Source of the DNA: Guillardia theta CCMP2712
Taxonomy: Eukaryota; Protista; Cryptophyta
Length of the DNA: 64,000 nt
Direction: 5' to 3'
Assembly (NCBI RefSeq): GCF_000315625.1
Contig: NW_005434638.1
Span: 334,440-398,439, forward strand
Shown: positions 52,134-64,000 of the stretch, piece by piece
How the letters are laid out: every line of letters begins with the position of its first letter
Position numbering within the stretch: the stretch's first letter is position 1
Notes under the pieces: model-generated
The model's input: only the letters and a program-made list of their open reading frames with translations
Told to the model about the DNA's origin: nothing
Database searches by the model: none
Made by a program: the position numbers and the translations under genes

Positions 52134-53446
52134 TCATGCCCGAGCTGCGATGTTCGCCTCCCTCTGCTCCTCCAGCTGCATGTTTCGCCGTTCGATCTCC
52201 TGGCGATGAGGTCAGCCTGATGGAGGAGCGGAGCAAGGAGGAAGAGGAGGAAGAGGAGCGACCTCCTGGTTGCGACGGAAGTCTTCCTCCGCTGCTTGAG
52301 ATTGTTTCTGCATCTCCCTCGCGTGCATCCTCAACTCCCGCGCCTCCTGCAAGACTTTCGCCTCCCTCGCCCGTCGCTCAACCTGCCGCTTGGCTGCATC
52401 GCCACGTCACTAGGGAGGATAAGAGGGAGGGAGGGAGGGACCGAGCTCAGCCTCCCGGTTCTTGATGTTCTCCTCACGTCGCTGCTGCAGCGTCTGCTCG
52501 AGTTGGATCTTCAGCATCCTTTCGTGCTCCTCCTGCGTCTCCATATCAGTCGTGCCCCTCCCTCGCAACTCCCTCACCTTCTCCATCTGCTTCAACTTCT
52601 CGCGTTCCACCTGCCGCCTCTCTCGCGCCTCTCGGATCAGGATTCTGTCCCGTTCGGCCAGCTACGACGTCACAAGCATCAGAGCAGCCGCAAGGAAGGG
52701 AGCAGGAGCGACCATGAACGACTCCTCCTTCTCTCGCGCTTCGTCTTCGATCCTTCGGATGTTCTGCTGGCGCCTTTCGTTGAGCGCGTTGAGGCGCTGC
52801 AGGGTGATTTGTTCCTGCTGACTCGGTCAAGCCTCGCGCCTGTCTCAGTTCCTCCTTGCCTGCAAGGCTTTAGTCTGCATCTCGTACGACCACGAGTCTT
52901 GTCGCTTCTTGATGTTCGCCTCGCGCCTCTTCTCCAGCTCCATGAATCTGCAGCACCCTCAGCAGCTGCTCGTCTAGCAAGTTGAGCCTCAACTTACTTG
53001 TCGTACTTCTCTTGCCGCCGCCATCCCTCCATCTCCTCCTGTTTCTCAATCTCACGCTCAGCATCTCTCCGCTCTCTCGCAGTTCGAATGAAGGCGATGA
53101 GCGCATCATCACGCTGCCGCTGCTCCTCTTGTTGTTGTATCCATGTCTTGTCGATCTTTGCGATGTTTTCGCTTCTTCTCCTTTCGAGATCTTCCGACCT
53201 GGCCTTTGCCTCAGCCTCGGCCTCCTCTCGGCGCCTCCTTTCTTCTTCCCGCCTGAAGGCACAAAGAGGTGACGGGCGAGCGTACGTGCTTCAAAGTCCT
53301 CACTTGCGAATGTTCGCCTCTCGTCTTGCAGCTAGCATTTCTCTTCGATGCGCCTCCTGCACAACGATCAGAGCCTTCGCGCTCGGGTACCAGGGCCTTG
53401 CCTGCTTCTCCCTCTCAGGATCGATGTCACCGACCCGCGACGCCAT
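52134..53446 (-). CDS. Hypothetical E/R/Q-rich coiled-coil protein (multi-exon)
   Basis: MASRVGDIDPEREKQ... followed by charged coiled-coil exons with GT-AG introns, ending ...EQREANIAARA*. Confidence 0.6.
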
Positions 53447-53672
53447 GGCTGCAGCGGAGAGTCAGACAGCAACAAGAAACAAGGAGAAGACGGAGCAACT
53501 GAAGAGGGAGGGGGTCAAGAGGAAGTGTGCAAGAAGGCGGGAGATGGGATGGTTCGCCAGGGGGCTATTTCAGTGAGGGAAGGCACAGAATGAGCAAGGG
53601 AAGACATTGACTGTGATGAGTAGTTGAGGGATGAGTGATGTATGTGTGGATGAAACGAGTTCAGACAAGGTA

Positions 53673-53868
53673 AGGGAGGGAGGGAAGGGAGGGAGGGAGG
53701 GAGGGAGGGAAGGGAGGGAGGGAGGGAAGGGAGGGAAGGGAGGGAAGGGAGGGAGGGAGGGAAGGGAGGGAAGGGAAGGAAGGGAGGGGAGGGAGGGAAG
53801 GGAGGGAAGGGAGGGAAGGGAGGGACGGAGGGACGGAGAGACGGAGGGACGGAGGGACGGAGGGAGGA
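53673..53868 (+). repeat. Polypurine (GGAG/GGAAG)n tract
   Basis: Directly visible. Confidence 0.85.
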
Positions 53869-54980
53869 TGAGCGACATTGTAGTTCGCTTCAACTGATTT
53901 GAGTGAGTGGAGTGGATTGAAAAAAACAATTCTGCGATAGTACCAAATTATTGAAGTAGGGTATCAAATATTTGATTCAAATTTGGTATCACACAAATAA
54001 TATTTCAAAATATTCACAATTTTCCTTAATGATATATAATTGAGTAAAATATCTTGACTGAATCGTTCCCACATGTTTTCTGGCGTCGGGTAGTTGGAAC
54101 GGGGATGAGGGGATCCGAAGTTTAAGCACCGGTAGTTTTCAATATGAAATGTGGGGGTGATGGATGTAGAGACGAACTAGAACAGTAGGGGTGGTCATGA
54201 GGGTATCACTCATGGATCTAGAGGGGTGGGGGTAATTTTACAATTCAGAATTTAAAATTGGTTGACACCTGTCCTGCGAGCATGGCGAAGACCAAGGGAG
54301 GGAGAAGTGAGGAGGGGAAGAGGAGCGACGAAGAGATCAGAAGAATGAAAGAGGAAGAAGAATAACAATGAGAAATAAGAGTGGACCACTAGAAGATGCG
54401 TAGCAGGTGATGCTGTGAGCTGCAGGCATGAAAGTACTCTTGGTGGAAAATTATTTTCCTCTGAATACTTTTAAAAGTCGAAGGGAGCATGATCATACGT
54501 TTAACCAGAGCAAAAGGCACTTCATGAGGAGGAAATATATTGAGGAAGTAACAGGATCGTCTGAACCCCAACAGAGCATCGAAACTGAGAAAGATCCATC
54601 GCAATACCAGAGGAGAGATTGTGTCCAACTATTTCGAGAATTGGATGGAAAGTGTATGATTCAGAGATGTAGATGTCATCTCTTTGAACGAGAAGCAGCA
54701 TAGCTAGCATGATATTTCACATAGTCAAGCAGGTTCCACATACTGAAGGTGTGTTGCTCTACAAGGACATCATGGCATCTTCATATGCTTGTTGATTGGT
54801 GACTGCAAGAAATTGTAGAGGTTAGGTGGTATTGAGATGATGGCAATAAGGAGACGAGCAGTTGTTCAGGAGGGAACATGTCATTGAAACAAACGTGGAT
54901 ATCATATTCTCAAAGCTGATTATTCTTCAAATCCAACAGCACTCTCATATTTGACCGCTGTCTCCGAGCTCTTCTCCAGC

Positions 54981-56072
54981 ATGGTACCCTGCAATTCATT
55001 GTCGCAGACCGTTTGCCGTTGATTTCGACCTGTAGGCTAGACGATATGACTCAAGAACGACGACCTTCTCCCCCGAGGGTCGTCTCTATCAAGTTGAGTA
55101 CGCTATGGAAGCTATCTCGCACGCCGGAATCTGCGTCGGAATACTTGCCAAGGACGGTATTGTTCTCGCAGTTGAGAAGAAGATCACTTCAAAGCTACTT
55201 GAGAATATTTCCAGTGAAAAGATGTACAAGGTACTTGCTGCGGTTTCCGTCCCCGATTCATGTTGTCCCCGTAGGTTGACGACCATCTGGCGTGTGCTGT
55301 AGCTGGTATCACGGCTGATGCTAACATTCTCATCAATTATGGTAGTTGTGCTCTCCTTGTGAAATGCAAACGATTCATGCTTTTCCTTCTTCGTGTACAG
55401 CTCGTCTAGCAGCTCAGCGCTATTCGCTGACTTATCAAGAACCAATTCCTGTAGAACAATTGATTATTAATTTATGTGATCGAAAGCAAGGATACACGCA
55501 GGTAAACATGTTGTGTATGAGATGCGTTCTCTTGATGGGCTTTGTGCAGTTTGGAGGGCTAAGACCTTTTGGGGTTTCGTTCTTGTGGGCTGGTTGGGAT
55601 AAAAACTACGGTTTTCAACTGTGCGTTTGTTTTGATTTGTGAACATGAACTCTGGTGTACTGATGTATTGTTCAGTTACCAAAGCGATCCTAGTGGGAAC
55701 TATGGTGGATGGAAGGCAACTGCCATTGGTGCTAACAATCAGGCTGCGCAGTCGATCTTGAAGCAGGTGAAAAAGTCAGAAACAGCGAATTGTGTACTGA
55801 CGAAGATGTTTAGGAATACAAGAATGACATGGAGCTTACTGAGGCCGTCAAGCTTGCCATCAAGGTTCTCAACAAGAGCATGGATTCCACCTCCCTCACC
55901 TCCGAGAAACGTACGTGACTCATGCTTCGATGTTTCTCGTTGCTGACCTTCCGCAGTCGAAATTGCCACAGTTTCCATGGTCGAAGGCTCTTTGCAGTAC
56001 AAGATTTTGGATGGCGCGACTGTCGATGCTGCATTGAAGGAGTTGGACTTGCAGCCAACCGAGACTTCGTAG
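54981..56072 (+). CDS. PSMA4: 20S proteasome subunit alpha-3 (PSMA4/PRE9 type), about 8 exons
   Basis: M / [67 protein letters not shown] and [18 protein letters not shown]. Confidence 0.95.
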
Positions 56073-56211
56073 ACGGGAGGGATCGAAATGACAGATGTGG
56101 GAGGAATGGACCAAATATTTTGTTAAGAAACTCTTTCGAACTCAATCATTTCGTTCACTGGATCGTACATATCAGGCTAGCTCAGCACAAAGTTTGTCTG
56201 CATGACGCTTT

Positions 56212-58872
<2,661 letters not shown>

Positions 58873-59738
58873 TGCGGGATCTGACACTCGCGAAGGAGGG
58901 GTGGGGCTAAGGAATGGAGGGGTGCGGTACACGGTTGTAAACAAACAGGTAGGTAGGGTAGTACTATTTGCTTATGATTCATGACCCGGTCCTGAAGAAT
59001 AACCCGGTGTTCTACAACAAGAACAGTCTGAAGAGGGGTGGGGTAGCTTGTATCATCTTCGAACGGGTGGTAATCATTCTTTCCACGGGTTCAAGTGATT
59101 GGGGGTAGGTGGGGGTAGTGAAAAGACCCAGGACTAGGGGTGGTGTGTTCACCTAAACAACCTTGCAGGGCCTCACAGCACCTACCCCATCTCCTACTAC
59201 CCTACCCACTATGTCACACTACCCCACCCCTTTTCGATAAGCCCATTGCCTTGTGCAGAGAGAAGAATTCAGGGAGCGAAGTACCCCCACCCCCTCGAGA
59301 ACATGACCATCCAATAAAACCACCCCATCCCTTAGCATCACTACCCCTACATGTGAGTGATAATTGCCAGGTGGGGGTAAGATTTTTTTTCTTTGCACGC
59401 GACATTTCGGCTACTTGCTCGAAATTTGAAATGTTAACATAAATTTATATTCTAGAATCTTGAATATTGAATTTTTGTCAGATAAATTTAATTGGACTAT
59501 CCAAACTTACCTTCTTGCCACCCCACCCCCCTGTGATACTGACTACCCCACCCTCATACACGGGATGCACAACCAGTAAAATCAATCAAGGCATAGACTA
59601 AACCAAATCCAGGAACAAGGACCCCTTCTTTTATGACCCCTACCCCCTTTTCTTCCTGTATTCTCCTCATGGCATCTTGGGAGAAGAACGGAAACTAAGT
59701 ACCCCTACCCCCCTCACTCTCACAAGACACTCGCCACC
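58873..59738. promoter_or_regulatory. Putative bidirectional promoter of dapL/dapF with repeated TACCCC motif and central AT-rich patch
   Basis: Head-to-head ATGs are separated by 866 bp. About a dozen TACCCC/GGGGTA copies by hand count; AT-rich stretch at about 59420-59500. Confidence 0.6.
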
Positions 59739-60763
59739 ATGCCGGTCAAGTTTCGCAAGATGTTCGGACTGGGCAACGACTTCATCGTCATCGATGCTCG
59801 TCAAGACAGCAAGGTGCGACGAAGAAGAAATGAGGGAGAGAGGGGAAGGATGGGCGGAGAGGGAAGAGGGAGAACGAGGAGGGGGAGAAGGAGGAGAGGG
59901 GGAGTGAGAGGAAGAGTAGTGATTGGGAGCTGACCTTCTCCTTAGCTTTCTGCTGCTGCTGAGCCTCGTAGAGCCACCGCGTTGACGGACAGGAAGACAG
60001 GGATCGTAAGAGCTCGTTCCTCCTCCTCTTGTCGCTCACCCTCCTCAGGGCTGCGACCAGCTTATCATCCTGGAGGCTTGCGAGGATGCCATGTGCCGCA
60101 TGAGGATCAGTGAGTCTCTCCGCTCCTCCTGCCTCCTCCTGCCTCCTCCTGCCTCCTCCTGCCTCCTCCTGGCGGAAACTAGGTGGAGGAAGATCTGTGC
60201 TAACGAGAGGGAGGGGGTTGTGTGTGTGACTTGCTGCCAGTCAACGCCGACGGCTCGGAGGTTGGAGCTTGCGGCAACGCCACCAGGTGCATCGGCGGCC
60301 TTCTCTTCCAAGAGAAACCAGACGCACCGGAGGCGACCATCCGCACCAAGGTCAAGCTGCCTCCCTCCCCCCCCCCCTCCCTTCTTTTCCTACTGCTTCT
60401 CCCTCACCATTTCTCCTGCCATGGTGGATGAGCTGACGGGGTTGGGGTCAGGCTGGTCTGCTGCGATGCTTCAAGGTTGCCCGCCTGTGCGTCATGAGGA
60501 GAAACTGACGTAGTGCAGTGTGAAGACCCCGACATGATCACGGTGGACATGGGGGAGCCGGGCTTGAAGTGGGAGCAGGTAGCCGCTTACTCCTGCTGTT
60601 CCGACCAGCTGATGGTCTCCTTCTGGCAAGGTCCCTGTGAGCAAGGAGGTGGACACTCTTCACTGCAAGGTACCTCCTCCTCCCCTGCTCCTCCTCCTCC
60701 TCTGCTCCTCCTCCTCATGCTCCTTTTCTCCCCCTCCTTCCTTTCCGCATCGTATTCACATCG

Positions 60764-60817
<54 letters not shown>

Positions 60818-61744
60818 TATCGCCTTCTCTCCAGCTCTTCCTCTCGTCTCGCAACCTGACGTCAAGCTTCTGTCGACAGGAGGCGTGTGAGGGTCCAGGG
60901 CTCACGGACTGCGCATGCTGCAGGTGAAGAGAAGAGAGGAAGAGCAGGAGAAGACTGAGATAGTGAGTTGCTGTACCTGCCTCACTTCCTTGCAGCATGG
61001 GTAACCCACACGCCACGTTCTTCGTGGATGACTGCGAGAAAGTTCCGCTTCAGGAGGTAAAACCTATATTCTCCGCTTGCCTCTCCCTCTCCCTCCCCCT
61101 TCCTCCCTTCTCCTCTCCTCTCCTCTCCTCTCCTCTCCTCTCCTCTCCTCTCCTCTCCTCTCCTCTCCTCTCCTCTCCTCTCCTCTCCTTGTTTTGAATT
61201 TCATGTCAGATTGGTCATGATCTCGAGCATCACGCCTTCTTTCCGGAGCGATGCAACGTGTCTGTTGTCACGGTTGGTTCCCCACCAGCAAACAACTTCC
61301 TCGAATAACCTCCATGGGACTCCTTACAATGATCCCCTCCTCTCCCCTCGCCTCATCTCTCCTCTCCCCTCGTATTTCTCTACTGATCTCATTCGTGAGG
61401 CAGGTAAGCAAAGACAAGAAGAGCATCCGCATGCGCGTGTGGGAGCGAGGAACCGGCATCACCCTCGCATGCGGCACTGGCGCCTGTGCCACTGCCGTGA
61501 ACGCAATTCGCCGAGGATACGTGGGCAAGGCTGAGGTGCGAGGAGGAGGAGGAGGAGGAGGAGGAGGAGGAGCTGAGCGATGGATTGGCAGAACTACACG
61601 ACGGAGGTGAAGATGGACGGAGGTTCGCTTGTCATCACGTATGCTCCTCCTGGTAGCGGCGGCGAGAAGGAAGGTCACGTGCTCATGACGGGTCGCTTCG
61701 ACACGGCCTTCACTGGGGAGATCCCCGACTCTCTGTGGGGATAA
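59739..61744 (+). CDS. dapF: Diaminopimelate epimerase (about 12 exons)
   Basis: [46 protein letters not shown] (catalytic Cys), VDMGEP, MGNPH, FPERCNV and [21 protein letters not shown] (second Cys). Stop TAA at 61744. Confidence 0.96.
61110..61190 (+). repeat. (CTCCT)n microsatellite in dapF intron; a (CT)n tract also lies at 60767-60812
   Basis: Directly visible. Confidence 0.9.
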
Positions 61745-61819
61745 GGAGGAAGGGGAAGAGCGGAAGGGGGGCTAGTTTCCTCAAGCTTTATCAGCACCGA
61801 CAATTTGAGTCAAGTGAAT

Positions 61820-63911
61820 CTACTTGGCAATGACGCCCGCGGGCAGATCAACCTGAAACATGATGCGCTTCAACCCTCCCCTCCTCTTCCTCCTCCTCCT
61901 CCCTCCTCCTCCTCTCCCCCCCTCCCCCTCCTCGTCTCGTCCTATCACCTCGTTCTTCCAGATGTCCTCGACCACCTGGCGCTTGCGGATGACATGCACC
62001 TTGTTGTCGACGATCATGACCTGGCGAGATGGTCAGGAGAAGAGACGAGACCAGTCGTCGACCTCAGGAGCCTCAGGGAACGAGTTGTAATTCTTGGTGC
62101 TCATGCTCGAGCAGTAGGCGCCCGAAGCCTTGCAGCGTGTCAAGGAAGGAGGAGGAGGAGGAGGAGCGGGTGGTTTTACCTCGATGACAACGACGTCACC
62201 CGGCACGGCCTCACAGAGCATGCGCTCCGACAAGGTTTCGGGTTCACCTGCGAGCAGAAGGAGTGACAAGAAGCCAAATGAGGAAGAGAAACAGAAAAAG
62301 GCAAAAGAAGGTGGCAAGAGGGGGAGGGGGGGGGGGGGGGGGAGGGGGGAGGACGAGGACGAGGACGAGGTTGGGGGGGGAGGGTTTGGATTAGGGAAGG
62401 AGGAGAGACCAGGGGCAGGCGTCATGAGGTCTCCAGACTCGCAGCAGTGACCGCAAACGACGTAGGACTTCCTCTTGGAGGCCCTCGAAGCATCGCGAGG
62501 GACAACAACGATGGGATGCTACCGCAGCATGTCAGTCTCCTGCTCGCCTCCTCTCCTATGCTCTCCCTCCATCTTTGGCTGAACCATCCCTCACCTGTGC
62601 TCCATACAAGCTCGGGCGGAGCACGTCTGTCATGCCGGCATCGAGCTTGATGAAGGTGTGCCCCTCGTCGGTGCCGGTCTGGACGATGTCGTGGACAGAG
62701 GCGACGAGGCAGGCGCTGTTAGCCGACAGGAAGGTGCCAGGCTCGATCTCGAGGTGCAGCTTACGGCCAAACTTGCTGCTGAACTGCTCGAACTCGTCCT
62801 TTACCACCGCGCAGTCCGTCTGCAAGTTGGTTCCTTTGTCTGTGCGCATGCGCGCCACCTTGTAGCCTCCGCCAAGGTTGAGGACGGTCACCTCGGGGAA
62901 CTTCTCGCACAGGGCGATGGACATGCCGGTGCATCTCCTCCACACCGCTGGGTCTGAGCCCGACCCGATGTGCGTGTGCACGCGAACGACTTTGCAGCCG
63001 GCAGCCTTCACCATCTCGCTGCACTTGTCCGCGTACTCGTGCCAGATGCCGAAGGAGGAAGACGGTCCTCCCACGTTCGTCTTGCTCGTTCCTCCTGAGC
63101 CGACCCCAGGGTTGAAGCGAAGCCCGAGCTCTTTCCCTGCTCCAGCACTCAAACTCGTTCCCCTGCTCCCCAGCGCTCCTGACCTGGGCACTTGGCGCAG
63201 AACTTCTCGACCTGGAGGAGGGAGCAGCAGTTGATCTTGACGCCCTGCTCCACCAGCTTCTCGAACCCTTCGCCCAGTTCCTGCCAGCTGTCAGAGGCAC
63301 GCAAGCTTCATGCTCAAGGCACTTGGGAGGAGAGCGAGCAGTGGGCTGGAGGAACTCCCGCCGCCATGGCACGCTGGACCTGCACACAGCCAGGCATGAG
63401 GAGGGAGGGGAGTTGATCTCCTCAGACCTCAAAGATGGAGGAGCAGTCGAAGTGAAGCCCCATGGAGTGGAAGAGCTTCAGGATGGCAGCGTTGGGTGCG
63501 GCCTGGGAGAGGATGAGAGAGGCAGGGGAACAGAGTCGAATGACCTTCATAGCGTATCGCACAGTCAAGCCGTAGGCGTTGGGAAAGGCGAGGGCTGCCT
63601 CCGCCTGTTCCTCTCATTACTCGATTCCTCGCAACCCTGAGGCTCCACCTGCTTCTTGAGGGTCGCCAGGTCGTAGGCATAGCAGGGAGTGCCGATGGTG
63701 TCTGCGATCTCAAACGCCACCTAGAGGAGCATGTGAGAGAGAGCGAAACAAACGCGAGAAGAAACAGAGAGGAGAGGAGGGAGGAGTCAACATGCCGTTG
63801 AGGAGGAGAGGAGGAGAGGAGGAGAGGGGAGGATCAGCCTCCGAGGGGTTCAAGGACTCCCACCTCAGGAGTCAAGAAATTTGAGCGTGTTCGATATCTG
63901 GACGTGGACAT
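61820..63911 (-). CDS. lysA: Diaminopimelate decarboxylase (multi-exon; extreme 5' end could extend beyond the window)
   Basis: [11 protein letters not shown]-lysine RYAMK/A, FDCSS, GLRFNPG...[67 protein letters not shown] and IRKRQ. RPSLYG, CESGD and the neighbourhood favour DAP over ornithine decarboxylase. Confidence 0.93.
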
Positions 63912-64000
63912 CTGGCAAGCTCATATCAAAAGGCATGGGAGAGGATTTGCAGGCCCATCAATGCCTTGCAAAGTGAACACATAAGCTTGAACCTTGAAAC

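Noticed and set aside
54282-54900. Short ORFs upstream of PSMA4 (e.g. 54428-54703)
   Set aside because: AT-rich, no motif and no coherent exon chain; cannot be supported as a gene.

Overview
Gene-dense, GC-rich, intron-rich eukaryotic nuclear DNA. It has many ~40-50 nt GT-AG introns and longer introns filled with simple repeats. The style suggests a flagellated alga such as a cryptophyte (inference only). About 20 genes were assembled by hand from exons: an NRPS-like adenylation-carrier-ankyrin protein, eIF2B-delta, a DNAH1-type axonemal dynein heavy chain, FOR20/CEP20, a GT15 mannosyltransferase, a UBL-BAG co-chaperone, a PDZ protein, an SLC4 transporter, FIGNL1, an intronless AztD-like beta-propeller, an FN3/pseudo-lipase, proteasome alpha-3 and several hypothetical proteins. 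The main finding is at the right end: dapL, dapF and lysA, the last three consecutive steps of diaminopimelate-pathway lysine biosynthesis, are immediate neighbours. They are spliced, lack evident plastid-targeting peptides, and dapL/dapF diverge from a shared motif-rich region. This looks like a primary-metabolism gene cluster in a eukaryote. All exon boundaries are hand-derived and need transcript confirmation.
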